A stretch of DNA of 63,975 nt, filler included, from Dicyema japonicum (Eukaryota; Animalia; Dicyemida), in NCBI GenBank assembly GCA_011109175.1. It is 5 parts of 5 records of this genome, joined end to end, with 100 filler letters (N's around TTAATTAATTAA, not from the genome) between each part and the next. Parts side by side here need not be neighbours in the genome. Positions count along the whole stretch, not along the records: positions 4,301 to 35,976 come from RDEW01000074.1; 4 more parts are not named here. The stretch is one strand, 5' to 3'. A model generated the notes under the pieces. That model saw only the letters and a program-made list of their open reading frames with translations, was not told where the DNA came from and did not search any database. Of the stretch, positions 13,962-30,139 are shown piece by piece (within the stretch, counting starts at the first letter, position 1; each line of letters opens with the position of its first letter). The position numbers and the translations under genes are program-made.

Positions 13962-15062
13962 NCCTCAGGAAAACTTTGTCGATCTGAGAAAACCAATAAC
14001 CGATCTTATCCCCGGACTAAAGACCACCAACATGTCCGAAGCGACATTTCTCGGCTGCCGCTCAGCCCAGCGGCGGCCTCAGGGCCCACCTGGTGAAGAA
14101 GGACTTGGAATTCTGTGAGCTCACAAGCAAGCTCCTGAAATTAGACTCACACATCGCCTTCTTCCTTATGAAAAGCAGTATTCACATGCCGAAACTGCTG
14201 TATACGCTCCGCTGCCTGCCATGCTACTCCCATTTTGACATTCTATCCTCTATGGAAACGTCCCTGAAATCGTCCACGGAAGCAGTTCTGAACATCGCCT
14301 TTGACGAAATCGGTTGGACCCAAGGAAAACTCCCCGTCAGGTTCGGAGGGATCGGCCTCCGCTCGCCCAAAGACCTGGCGCCGCATGCCCACTTCTCTTC
14401 AGTTTCCAGCAGCCGCCAGCTTGTCCGAGAAGTTCTACTCCCCTTCAACGAACTCTCTCTGGGTTTTCCGGCTGACGACCTGCAAAAATTTTGGACTGCC
14501 GCCAACCTCCCTATCCCTTCTGAGTTGTCCAGACAGAGAGATTGGGACGAGATCTGGGCATCACAGTCCTTTTCAATGCTACAGCCCCTACTGGACCAAC
14601 ACCGCCTGGCGTGCTTGCTCTCCGCAGCACACAAACACAGTGGCTCCTGGCTCGACGCATTCCCGTCGGCATCAACGGGCTCGCTGTTGGACGACGAGAC
14701 CCTCCGGATTGGAGCTGCTCTCCGGTTGGGTCTTGACATCTGCACGCCCCATCGGTGTCGATGCGGAGGTGTGGTGGATGTGAAAGGTCTGCACCCCCTC
14801 TCGTGCCGCCGGAGCGCAGGCCGCTCGCCTCGTCATGGGGCACTCAACGACGTCATCTCGAGAGCACTGAATGCTGCCGGTTTCCCGAATGTACTCGAAC
14901 CAGTCGGTCTGGACAGGGGGGACGGCAAGCGTCCGGATGGGATGACAACCTTCCCATTCCGGAATGGTAAATGCCTGATCTGGGACGCCACGTGCACAGA
15001 CACGTGGTCCCCGTCCGCAATTCTCTCTTCGGCATCCTCTCCTGGATCGGCCGCGGACCATC
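13962..15062 (+). mobile_element. CRE-type retrotransposon, RT C-terminus to RLE
   Basis: KLPVRFGGIGL, CRCGGVVDVKGLHPLSC, RHGALND, DGKRPDG and WDATCTDT. Confidence 0.9.
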
Positions 15063-15246
15063 CAGTACTATTATTTTAAAAGAAACAGTATTTTTATTTA
15101 TTCCAAATTCGACGGTTGATAATTTTTGAATTGTTTAAAATAGCGTTCTTTCTGCAGTAGAAGATTATTTATTGTTTATCTTGATATTATCTTTCGGAAT
15201 ATGCGAGATATCTATCAGCTAAATCGCTGGCACGAAATGTCATCAC

Positions 15247-15461
15247 TAGGGCAATTTTTTTTTTAACCTAAAAAAACTTCGATTTTTAACCTAAAAATTA
15301 TAACTTTTTAACCTAAAAATAACCAAATTTTAAACCTATAAAACAAAAATTTTTAACCTAACAAATTTTAACTTAAGAATCATTTATTATACAAACATAC
15401 AACATAATCTTAATAATAAAATGGTATGGTGTGTGTCTGTCTGTCTGTGTGTCTGTCTGTC
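15247..15461. repeat. TTTTTAACCTAAAA subterminal-type repeats followed by a (GTCT)n microsatellite
   Basis: About 5 degenerate AACCTAAAA units after TAGGG (hAT-like), then TCTTAATAATAAAA..TGTCTGTCTG, typical of non-autonomous Helitron 5' ends. Confidence 0.45.
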
Positions 15462-15779
15462 NAAATAGTTTTAAAACTAAAATTTTTTCTTGTTTATTTT
15501 TTACTGATCTTGATGGTAAACAAAATAAAATTTATCGTTAGTTTGTACAAATATTTCATTCAATTCGGGACAGTTAGTTTACAAAATGTGAAATATTAAG
15601 GCGGACGTGCGGTTGAATGGTGTTTTGATTTGTGTGGTTATTTATTAAATGTTAATACTAGAAAATTTTTCAGAAATATTAGAAACGATATATATCTCAA
15701 TTCTGAAGAAACTCTCTCATACATCGATATAAATCTAAACATGTTAACTAGGCCACTTAGTTCGCTCCAATATCTGTCT

Positions 15780-16460
15780 TAGTTAGTTAATAGCATTAGC
15801 GCGTTGCCATAAGCACGTAAGTGCCTAAGGTTTCGCTCATGCCGTACTCTCAACTATCCTCCCAGCCAGTCCTTTCCATCTAGCCTTGTTCCTCGGCGTT
15901 TGCGAATGTCCTCAAGATCTCACCAGTTTTAAGTTGGCCGCCAATTCTCGCGTAATCATCCTCAGGCAGAGGGGAAGCGTGCATCTTGACCGACCCCGAA
16001 ATCCAATTCCGTGATTAGAGAAGTATTCTTCCATGATTTGATTGCAAAGGAATCGTTTCGTCCATTCTCAGCACATGTCCGAAAAGTCTCCATCGTGAGG
16101 TAGTAACTTCCTTGCTAATCGGCTTGCATTTACATAATTTGTAGAGAGTGTCGTTTTTGATGATCTGTGGCATTTGATACCCGCGATTTTTCTCAATTGC
16201 TTTCTATGAAAAGCGTCTAGTCTGTCAAGGTCCGTTTTCGATGTTCCCGAATTGTATAATAGGATTGGTTGTACGAAGGCATTATACAAGCGTATCCGAA
16301 GATTTAGAGAGATAAGTTTTCTGCGTGTCCAGATACTCCACATCTTTTTTAGTGCACACGTTGCCAACATTTTTCTGCGGCGATGTCCTCAGCATCTCCA
16401 GAAGCGACCCGAGCCTTTTAGTAACCTCCACTTATCATCATTCCGTGTCGACAGCCGTCT
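15780..16460 (-). mobile_element. RTE-clade LINE, 5'-truncated
   Basis: GDAEDIARRK..LRIRLYNAFVQPILLYNSGT..LDAFHRKQLRKI; homologous to the 54.7-57.9 kb copies. Confidence 0.85.
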
Positions 16461-16529
16461 TGGTCATTATAAAAATTAATATTTTGGTTGAATTGAAGAA
16501 CTGAACAAATAATTAGAATAATTAAATTA

Positions 16530-17953
16530 CTAAAGACTACTAAACACAATGGAGACATTGCAGCCACCAAATCCAAACGAATTTTTGATACAAACAATCT
16601 TCCAGTCCCATTATGCCTATATTGCCATTTTTGAATCTTGTTTGGAACGTAATTGAGAACAAATTCGTCATATGGATTCATATCGTTTAAATTAATTGAC
16701 GGAGGAATCAGACCAGTCTCAGCTGATTTAATCGAGAAGGCCAACTCAATTGCTCCCGCACCTCCCAAAGAATGTCCAACTGATCCCTTTAGCTCCAACC
16801 TGCAGATTAACTGCATGATCTCCAAAAGTCGCTAATCGCCGCATTCTCAGCTCTATCTCCAATGGAGTTGAAGGTAGCATGCGGATTGACAAATCCGATA
16901 TAATCCGGGGTAATACCAGCTGTTTCCAAAGCCTGTTTCATGCACCGATAAACCTCCCTCACCATTAGGAAAGAGGAGCAGTAATGTGATATCCATCACC
17001 AGACATTCCATATCCCATTATTTCACCATATATCTTGGCTCCTCTTTTAATTGCGAGATCGTATCGTTCCAAAACAAGTATTCCACAACCTTCCGACATA
17101 ACAAATCCACTTCGAGAAGAATCAAAAGGACGAGATGAGGTCTCAGGAGAATCGTTGGGAATCAGTACAAAGTGCTTTTGCCCTTGAAAACCCTCCAATA
17201 GTAAGAGGAGATATGGAGACTCCGTTCCTCCACATACCATTACATCAGCGTCCCCATTTTTATAGCAAGGAAAGCCTCACCCACCGAATGAGTACCAGTT
17301 GAACAGGCAGTGGATAATGCAAGGTTGGGACCCTATTTAAATGACACAAATTAAAAACCTTTAAATTATGATTTATACTTACGTGACCTGCTGCAGTGTT
17401 ATTGAGAATTCTCGTTTTATAAAAATGGATTTATTTTGGACATTCCGTGTTCTTTTAGCATTTCATCCCCCTTTAAAAGTTCTTCGAGCCCAGCGATTCC
17501 AGTTCCTATCGATACCTTAAAATTAACCCAAATCTAAAAATACTCCTGCTCGTATTTGTTCTTCTTCAGTAGTGAATGACAATCCAGAGTCGGCAACTGC
17601 TTCCTTGAGGCTTCGAGGCAAATGCAATTCCACGTGTTTTTGCAGAATTTGAGGTTTTCGAGCGTTTCCAGCTGATAAAATCTTGATGCTTCATATCAAC
17701 TGTTCCGGCGATTCTCACAGGTACTTGATTATATGCTGTAAAAGTTTTTATTAGTAATAAAACTAACATTCATCGAGTTTTTTAATCCCACATTGACCAT
17801 CTAATAATCGAGACCAACTTTTCTCAACTCCTACACCCAGGCAAGTAACAAGTCCCAAGCCAGTCACAACAACACGAGGGCCTCTAGTTTATCGGTTGTA
17901 AATTTCCGAATAAATGGGAAAATCCTTAAGTTTTTTAATCCTTGCGACAGCAT
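16530..17953 (-). CDS. OXSM: mitochondrial 3-oxoacyl-ACP synthase (FabF type); introns 17736-17767, 17516-17543, 17333-17358; several homopolymer frameshifts
   Basis: [19 protein letters not shown] (catalytic Cys), SRPFD..GFVMSEG, NPHAT and KGSVGHSLG (His pair), [10 protein letters not shown]; basic N-terminal presequence. Confidence 0.9.
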
Positions 17954-18080
17954 TCTTGTCCCCACGTTCTATATTAAATATTTTTTTAAATATAAAATGT
18001 TTTATTAAATATATTAGCTTAGTAGCTCAATTATATCTCAATTATTCAAAAAATAAAATAAGATTTTATATTTATCAAAC

Positions 18081-18115
18081 ACTAGCTCGGCAGCTCGCTT
18101 CGCTCACCGCGACCT
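18081..18115 (-). mobile_element. Helitron-like 3' terminus
   Basis: Minus strand GC-rich hairpin CGGTGAGCGAAGCGAGCTGCCG followed by CTAG|T. Confidence 0.4.
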
Positions 18116-18299
18116 AGCTCCTGCGGAGGGCCTGTTTCACCAAACAACTATAAGTTTATGCAGATATATAAAACGACCTGGTTTGATGTAACCCTATTCT
18201 AACGCCTGTGGATAAACGATGTTTGTTCGTCCGTCCTTCCTTCGCATATATGAATAATTTTCTCTCCTGCCTACCCTCGAGCATCCCACATACAGCTGT

Positions 18300-18445
18300 C
18301 CATGTGAAAAGCANCATTGGTAGGAAAATCTGCTCGAAAACTCACGACCGGAGGGAGACAAGCTGGTTTTTCCAGCGAATCTCGGTCGCTGTGCTCCGCG
18401 GAAACTGCCACTCAATACGCAGCGCGGCGTTGTTGAGCTGACCCT
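18300..18445 (+). mobile_element. CRE-type retrotransposon 3' tip
   Basis: DRRETSWFFQRISVAVLRGNCHSI. Confidence 0.75.
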
Positions 18446-18544
18446 CAGGCTCTCGACTATCCTTTTAGTTACTCATTAGCTTCTAAACTTGTATCTAACA
18501 GTAATTTAGTGAGACTTTAATAGGCACAAATTATTTTATCTCAC

Positions 18545-19000
18545 TAAAATTTTGGAAACAGACAACGTGTCGGTTTATGAATCCTATAAACATTTAATTC
18601 TTAAGGACACAGTTCTTTTTATAAAAATGGCTTGGAAGACCCATGCTCGATAACAATTGAAAATTGATCAAAAAACTAAAAAAATAGATTTTGAAAAGAG
18701 TCTACAGATAAAAATTTAATTAAAGAATTGATCATTAAAACAGGTATTTATTTCTATAATTATTTAGAAGAAAATGCAATTAGCGAAGAAATTAATTTCG
18801 ATAATGAGATCCTGAATTACCTTCAAATGAACAAACAATAGTTCACCTCACTAGAAATGAAATTGCTGTAAAATTAAGAGAAATTGAAATTCACTACTCG
18901 AAATTGTCGAAAACAAAGAAGATGTGTGTCTAATTACTTCAATTAGAAGATTTGAGGAAAAAATTCAAAATATAGAGACAAGAAACGGGACTGGAATATT
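18545..19000 (+). mobile_element. pogo/Tigger-like 3' remnant
   Basis: Nucleotide similarity to 595-710 (GTTTATGAATC.TATAAA..GTTCTTTTTA.AAAAAT.GC) and to the acidic tail at ~32690-32830. Confidence 0.55.
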
Positions 19001-19149
19001 TTTAATAAAAATCATAATCATTTGTTAAAATAAAATTAATTTCATCAAACATTAGTAAAAGTTTTTAAAAAAATTCATCAATTACGTTATTTTTGGCTAT
19101 TTTCGATATATTAAACAGTTCTACTCACGCTTAAAAATTATTGATTATA

Positions 19150-20110
19150 TTCTGAAATTCGCCGCAAAAATGACAGAACCAGAAATGGCGAATTTGGGAG
19201 TATTCACTGTGCGACTATTTCCAAGAGGATAAGCTCCACGCTAACATGCACTGGAATCATCAATTCTAAATTTATGGAGTCTATTATAGATAGTATTAAA
19301 GGAAGCTTCACCAATGTTAGTGATTAGTTTATACCACCCTCAAAAAAGTTAGTTGCTTCCTATTAACTGCTTACGAGACAACACTAATTAGAATGATTAG
19401 AAGTTAAAATTAGTATCAAAAGCTAAATTAACCAACGTAATTTGACTTACTACTGTGCAAATTTCACGTGTTTCAATAGGGGATATATAGTCCAGATTAA
19501 CGGTACTTTTGCAGTTGAAATCGCTGAGAATGAATCTATACAATCATCTGAATGAGCATAAGCTTCGCTTTCTTAAAAACAAGACCGGTCCTACCTAATA
19601 CAATATCAACTCGAATATTATCTTTCCAAGTAAGTGAACGGTAATGATAAATTAGTACAAATATGATGGCCGACAAACATCTCGAACTTTTTCGGATGAC
19701 TTCGAGTTTGTGAAGCTCGAAGAAATCCTGCACTTTCGGAGAATGCGGAAAGTTGGTGCAACACTAAGTGACCTTATATCTGCCGTTAAAAGTATAATTA
19801 TATTTATCAAATCACATTTTTAGACTCTTCTTTCCTTATTCTTGACCCGACGGAAACAAAAGTGAAAGGGATCATATCCACAAGAGTCATCGAAGTGTTT
19901 GGAGTATTCAACACGATAGAAATGAGTACTGAAAAAGTATTGTCGTGGTGTATTCATGACAGTTACTCTGGGACCACCTGCTCACTCCCAATGAAATCAC
20001 CCGGGGCTATGTGACTGGTTTGCGGATGTTTGAAGATAAATGGCTCTTGTATGCGGATAACTGTTTCACGGACTGGATCGTCGAAGTACTCCCGGCTGAC
20101 AGTGTTGAAT
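19150..20110 (+). pseudogene. degenerate LamG/pentraxin-like domain gene (tentative)
   Basis: DRTRNGEFG, KGSFT, DGNK and YCRGVF..LWDHLLTPNEITRGY occur in the order expected for a LamG3/pentraxin fold, but need several frameshifts. Confidence 0.28.
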
Positions 20111-20759
20111 TTTAAAATAATCAGTTAGTTTACATTAAGAGATGCATACATGCCTCTCTACATGGCGAATAACTACAATAACACTGTATCAGTGATCATA
20201 ACACATTTTAAGGGTGAATCTGAAAATACAAACAATTCTACTCCCCCACGAACTCAATTCGTCCCGACATGTATAATACATATTATGGATGTCCAATCAA
20301 TTTCATTCCTTTCCAGGCTGTCTATTATTGTATTTCACAAAAAAATTGATTTATACTTCAGATCAACCTCGATTCTTCTATCAATCTCGGACTGGTCAAC
20401 AGTTGGATACAGGAACCATGTATCTACCAAATCAATTTGGGTTGGTGGTCTCCAAATTTGATTATTTTTTATAGCTTCCCTTGGAACCAGTCGAATGTCG
20501 TATTTCGACCGAATACAACACCTAATACACCAAAAACTGCAACAAATAATTGTGCTACAAATACTTCTCCACTGACATGACTTTCAATCAAGAAACAGTA
20601 CAAGAAAGTGGAGATCAACAAATCAATTTGCAAAAACGACTGGACCGGGATACGAACCAAAATCTCTTTAAAAATGCTGTGATCCATAGTTATCAGTTAC
20701 CTTGTTTACTCTTTTTCCTTTTTGAAAACAATTTCAATCAATATCAAAATATCACGATT

Positions 20760-21420
20760 TGAATTAGATAAATATTCTGATCTTATTCTGTTGTTAAATG
20801 TACTGACACATTTCGAACCACCTCTTAAAAACTGTTGTAGCTTTGTCTACTACAGTTCTTAGAATCTCCACATCCTCAGATACAAAATCGATGTCATCAG
20901 CGTATATTAGTTCCACAACATTATTATTTAAGTTCCCCTTGCGGAGTACCAATCCTGGTGGTAAACTTATCCGAATGGTCTCTCCCCATTTTCACATCGA
21001 GGCTCGTATCAGCCAGCAGAAAACACACAATCCTCAAAGAGTCTTTATCAAAAATATCTTCGAGAACCCGCAATAGTTTATCTCGAAGATACAATCGAAC
21101 GCCTTTGATAGGTCAACTCCCAAAATGTGCATTGTTTTCCTGCACTTCTGGCATAGGCCATAAGCCACCGATGACTCCATACTATATCAGCGGTTGATCT
21201 TTCCGTTCTAAATCCGCTTTGAATTGGCGACAAGTATTGATCAACTGATTTTGATATGCGTTTCAATGTTATAATCGACTGTGAGAGCGATAAAGTATTT
21301 TCCCGATTGAACTGATTGCTAAAGTATCGAGCTATAAGTTCAGCGAGCGCTCAGCGTCCAATACAAAATGACCAAACTCGTCTTGAACTTTTAGATTGAT
21401 TTTAGCGACCGCGCTTGAGC
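20760..21420 (-). mobile_element. RTE-clade LINE RT fragment
   Basis: YLSPIQSGFRTERSTADIVWSHRW, AFDCIF and IYADDIDFV. Confidence 0.85.
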
Positions 21421-22074
21421 CTCTCCACTTCTATGCACAGCCATCAACATTTTTGCCCCCGAATGCAGCCTCTCCACTTCTATTATACGCTGGTCCAGGA
21501 AGTCCGACCAGGATTAAAGCAAATTCCCCTTGATTTTGTGTTGGAGTTTGTTTCTCAGTGTTCTTAATTCGGATTTCCGTTCAGGATCACAAGTATCCAT
21601 TTGGGGTCTCAAATATCGTTGACGTATGGACAATTCATTGACTGTCGAGTTGTACGGTCTTTATACCTTCCTTTCAATGCAGTATCGTGAATCGGGGCAG
21701 TTTCTTTGGCAGGCGTTATTATACAGTTGTTTTCCACACAATGTGGGGTAAAGAATGTTGTAATAATAGGAGGTTGAATTAAATTTAATAAAGTGATGTG
21801 TAGTGAGGTGGAAAAGTGGGTGTGCGCCTGCGTAAGTGCGAGGTGTTGGGAGTGGGGGAAGTGCGAATGTTGTGTTGCATGGTTTGTGATGTGAGTGAGT
21901 GGTAGACCAAGGAGAAATAATTACAATTTTGCTGTTCGTGCTTTTGAAGAGATGAGAACGATTTTGAAGTCTCAACTTTTAATTATTAAAAAGTTTATTC
22001 TCAAGTTAATTTTTGTAATTAATAATCTGAAAAAATAAAAATAGAGAATCCTCACGTTCGGCTCATTTCAAANT

Positions 22075-23300
22075 TATTTTATTTAACCCCATTCCCCCCT
22101 GAAATTTGGAGGAATGCGGCACGAAGAAAACCGACAGACCTCTTAGGGTCACACCATAAGTTAAGGATGGAATTAATCTTGTGTGATCTCCTTACAGCGG
22201 CGAGGTTTTTGCATTCCAGGACGACGTGCGTTACCGTGTGTCGTCCCTCAAGGCAGATTGGACAGGACGGGTCGACATCCTTGTCCAATTTGTTTTGATA
22301 GTCGCGGAGTAGAGGATGATGCCCACAGCGAAATCTTGCGAGTTCGACCCGATCCTTACGGCTGAGATCCTTTTCAGCTGTGTTTATTTTGGGTGGGGGG
22401 TTGTTGAGGATGTTGTTTGCGGTTAGTGCGTTCAGGGAGGATTTCGTTATTAGGGCTTTTATTTGCGATGGTTTTTTGTTAGTGAATGAGTTTAGGATAC
22501 GGCAGTAGTGGAGTGCTGGCGTGTTTTTGATGTTCCTGTCAGGGGTTAGTATTGTTGTGAGATTGTGACTTGGGTGGTTTTTGATCATACTCGCTGAGGC
22601 GAAGAATTGGGTACCATNGGATGGTGCCCACAGCGAAATCTTGCAAGTTCAACCCGATCCTTACGGCTGAGATCCTTTTCAGCTGTGTTTATTTTTGGAG
22701 GGGGGTTGTTGAGGATATTGTTTGCGGTTAGTGCGTTCAGGGAGGATTTCGTTATTAGTTCTTTTATTTTCGATGGTTTTTTGTTAGTGAATGAGTTTAG
22801 GATACGACAGTAGTGAAGTGCTGGCGTGTTTTTGATGTTCCTGTCAGGGGTTGGTATTGTCGTGAGATTGTGACTTGGATGGTTTTTGATCATACTCGCT
22901 GAGGCAAAAAATTGGGTTCCATGAATGTCAAAATGGTCTGCAAGTTTGATTGTGTTGGTTTCCTGATGCATATGGTCAGTCGGAGTAGACCTCATACAAC
23001 CCGTAATGATTTTGAGATTTGAAGAATTAGGATTCCCCAGTGGCTGCACCGCGGATAGCAAACGAGTTATATCGCAAAATTGCTATCGATACCCTCTGGT
23101 ACAGCCAGCTGGTTTCCCGGTGGTCACTGCTTTGCTTTCCAATGAGCTTCCCAATGACCGAGAGAATCCACTTCCGCACGGGGACAATCACTCCACTCGT
23201 CTCCACGGCAATTGGGACGAAGTGGTATACGTCAGGAAGCGATACGTACTTCCACCGTTTGGTTTCCTCGGTCCGGTGAGACGCAAAGCCAGGACACGGA
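22075..23300 (-). mobile_element. I-group LINE 3' region with C-terminal CCHC finger; partly duplicated by assembly
   Basis: LKIITGCMRSTP..LARFRCGHH..CPIC..TVTHVVLEC; upstream KYVSLPDVYHF..FDRAL at ~23230-23300. Confidence 0.8.
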
Positions 23301-23458
23301 TTAAATAATACTTAATTAAACATTATATAATTAAATAAATGAATTAAACTAATATTTATTTTAAGTAATATAATTTTTTAAAAAATAATTAATAATATCT
23401 TGTATTATTTCGTGTTGTGGTCATTTAATAATAAGTTACATTTATTAGATTAGATTAA

Positions 23459-26908
<3,450 letters not shown>

Positions 26909-27389
26909 TTTGTGTTTTAATAATTTTTTTATTTGCTTTGTATTATATTGGTTAGATTATTATCATTTAGTTTCTCTCNAGGACTCCACCAATAGGGTTC
27001 CCCACTTTATTTACGTCTAGACCTGTTCCTCTGTTACTTCTACTGTGAGGAGTGGATTTGCAGTCTGATTTGTGTTTTAATAATTCTCTTATTTGTTTTG
27101 TATTATATTGGTTAGCTTATTATCATTTAGTTTCTCTCATAGGTCACATTGACTTAAGATCAGGCCATTGACTTGGGTCATTCTATATTTTTTATGTGTA
27201 ATTTATAGAATTTGGTCATTTATTTAAAAAATAGAGACTATTTTGACATTCGCAGTGAATGGCTAAACTACTTGTCTTTCTAAGAAATTGTATTTGTTTA
27301 GTTTCCCTGAATAAAATGTAGTTTATGTGTATTCTTAGTATTCTTGGCTAAAATAAAGCTGAGGACATAACTGAGTTTGCAGATAAAGG

Positions 27390-27984
27390 AAATGATCTTC
27401 GTGTGAACTGCTATTGACGGCAATGACAGCAATCTGCTATGTACTAAATCTACATTGTGTCCGTCCATTGAAATACTACTGTGAATTTATTTTTGGAACA
27501 ATAGTATTAACTAAAAACTCTTTAGGGTTTTGAAAAGTTCATTTAATATATGAAAAAATATATATATAAATATGAAATGGCTGCATAGCTCACTCGAATC
27601 ACCAAATCATTTATACAAACAGAAACTTCTTAGTACAACTGCTTTCGGATATTTAAAGTATAAATGTAGATAAATTATTCGGATATAAAATGTCGATAAA
27701 TTAGTGTAATGGAGACTCGTTAAAAAGAATACCAAACAACTCATTTGATGGGTTGTTTCAGTCGTTAAAAATCAGTCGTTTTCAAACCATTTAGCATTTT
27801 AAATTACTCACTTTCTAGTACTTATGGGAGAGTCCCAACCCACAATGTATACTTAGATATTCTCATATTAGGATTACGAGCTCCATCTTATTAACTAACA
27901 AAAATGTGGAAATAAAAGCAAATCGATTTACCGAGGCAATAATAACAACAGAGGAAGCATATGGTGGGTTATTTTATTTACAAG
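27390..27984 (+). pseudogene. LRR family paralog A (deleted; 3' end replaced by Merlin sequence)
   Basis: CNGDSLKRIPNNSFDGL and ITTEEAY align to paralog B; equivalent introns are retained. Confidence 0.6.
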
Positions 27985-28415
27985 TGTGCATTGATGTCAA
28001 ATTACACTTCCCCCCACACCTCTGTGGATTGGAGCAGTTTTCTTCGAGATGTATGCTATAAATGGGTGGATGACAATTCTGCTTCTCTTGGAGGAATTGA
28101 CCCAGATACAATTTTGCCAATCTATGTTGAAGTAGATAAAACAAAGTATTTCCATCGAAAATATGCACAGGGAACGTGGCATGAGGGTCATTAGGTGGTC
28201 GGGGGAAAGAAAGGGGAAATCCAAGAAACATTTTTTGTGCAAAGTACCAAAACGAACTCGAGAAACTCTAATTCCCCTTATTCAGAATTATGTTCGTACA
28301 GGATCAGTTGCATGCACCGACCACTGGTCTGCGTACAATGGACTTGAATAGTCCGGTTACTCTGATCACCTCCGAGTTAATCACAGTCGGAATTTCGTGG
28401 ATCCGAACAATCGTT
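27985..28415 (+). mobile_element. Merlin/ISXO2 (IS1595-like) transposase fragment
   Basis: YVEVDKTKYFHRKY..G..V.GG.ER, RTRETLIPLIQNYV..GS...TDHWSAYNGL and VNHSRNFVDP. Confidence 0.9.
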
Positions 28416-28459
28416 NNNNNNNNNNNNNNNNNNNNNNNNNNNNNNNNNNNNNNNNNNNG

Positions 28460-28690
28460 CACGCTGTTTTTACATTCTTGTTTGATATCTAAGATATTTT
28501 CTCGCTCAAATAAGAAAAGTCGTCATTATCAAAACGAATATTTAAAATATGGGTTTATTCAAAGTACTGAAGATATAAAACAGCCTTATTGTCTTCTTTG
28601 TCAATGTTCTTTCTCAAATGAGGCGATGAAGCCATCCCGATTACAGGATCATTTAAAACGCTTTAATGGAATTACACTTCTTCATCAATG
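28460..28690 (+). mobile_element. hAT/Buster transposase N-terminal fragment
   Basis: RHYQNEYLKYGFI..PYCLLCQCSFSNEAMKPSRLQDHL. Confidence 0.85.
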
Positions 28691-28789
28691 AAATTTGGTC
28701 AACGTGATTGATTGCAAAAGAATAATAAAAGCATTTGCATGAAAATTATTGCTTTATAGACACAATTTTTCCATAAATCAGTTTGGAAA

Positions 28790-29480
28790 NCCACTTCAGA
28801 CTTGTTGACTTTGGACATTTCACATCGTGATATTGTCCACATGTCATTAACCACTCGTGATGCTGTCAATTGGTTTGCCAAATATCGTCTGATACTAAAC
28901 TTGATGGCTTGCAGTTCTTGTGGAGAAAATTGCACCCTTGTTGCATACAATAAAGGATTTCACAAGCTTAGATGGAGGTGCAAAGTTTGCAAAGTGTATA
29001 AATCAATACGGGATCGGAGTTTTTCTCTAAAAGCCATCTTACGCTAATCCAATTACTGGACTTTACATTCTATTGGGCACATGATGTGGATCTGTCAATG
29101 TGCGCATTGATGTCAAATTGCACTTCCTCCCACACCTCTGTGGATTGGAACAGTTTTCTTCGAGATGTATGCTATAAATAGGTGGATGACAATCCTGCTT
29201 CTCTTGGAGGAATTGACCCAAATACAATGTTGCCAATCTATGTTGAATTAGATGAAACAAAGTATTTTCATCGAAAATATGCACAGGGAACGTGGCATGA
29301 GGGTCATTGGGTGGTCGGGGGAAAAGAAAGGGGTAATCCAAGAAACATTTTTTTGTCCGAGGTACCAACTGTCTGAGTTTGAGTGGAGATGGAGAAATGA
29401 TACGTATCGTTGTGGGGGAGAGAAAGCTTTTCAGAAAATTTTAATTGCTATAAACGAACAATATTCCTTTCAATAATTTC
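28790..29480 (+). mobile_element. Merlin/ISXO2 transposase, internally deleted
   Basis: CSSC..WRCKVC..SIRDRSF zinc ribbon, VELDETKYFHRKY and SEFEWRWR end motif. Confidence 0.88.
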
Positions 29481-30139
29481 ATTTTAATTGTTTCTAGTGT
29501 TATTTCTTAACCTTTTGTCATTGAAAATATGTTTCTGTTTTTAAAGTTATACAATTTAGGGTTGACGCAGTATTATCATATTTTGTAAAATGTTAATAAT
29601 TTATNAAAAAAAAATATAACAATAAAAATTCAACATTTAGTAGAAATTGATCTTTTTAGATTTTAGGGCGCTAAAATGCAGGATCGCCCAAAAAAGCTCC
29701 TAGGTGGGACTTGTATTCAAAAATATAGACTCTTATTTTTTCCTACTGTCTACCCACAGTTACTCCACCACAAAAACATGTTTTTTAAATAAAGATGCAT
29801 TTAAAAAGAAAATATCAATCAATTATTTTAATAAACATAAAAATAATAAACATTTTTACATTTTTCATTACATTTTTATTTTAATAAACGTTAAATAATA
29901 ACGAGAACTTATCGATACAACTGACAGATTCTTTTTATTTTTTTCAATTAAAAGAATTTTTTTAATTAATAAAGAGAATTTTCAAAAATTGTGGCAAATT
30001 TAAAAATTGGCAAATATAATTAAAAAGTAGAAAGAATCGATAAAAAATGGAGAATTTCAGAATTGGCAGATTCTAGAGAGTTTACTGTATATATTAACAA
30101 ATACAGATTAATAAATATATTAATTCAATGTCTAACCAA

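Noticed and set aside
10459-17953. Frameshifts in IST1 and OXSM as C-insertion RNA editing or programmed frameshifting
   Set aside because: The indels fall in homopolymer runs of all four bases and go in both directions, some compensating, which is the signature of pyrosequencing or ion-type error. PRP16 has none. Raw reads would settle it.
20469-20687. F-box-like start (IFKEILVRIP) on the minus strand
   Set aside because: The rest does not fit an F-box, and the opposite strand looks more coding-like.
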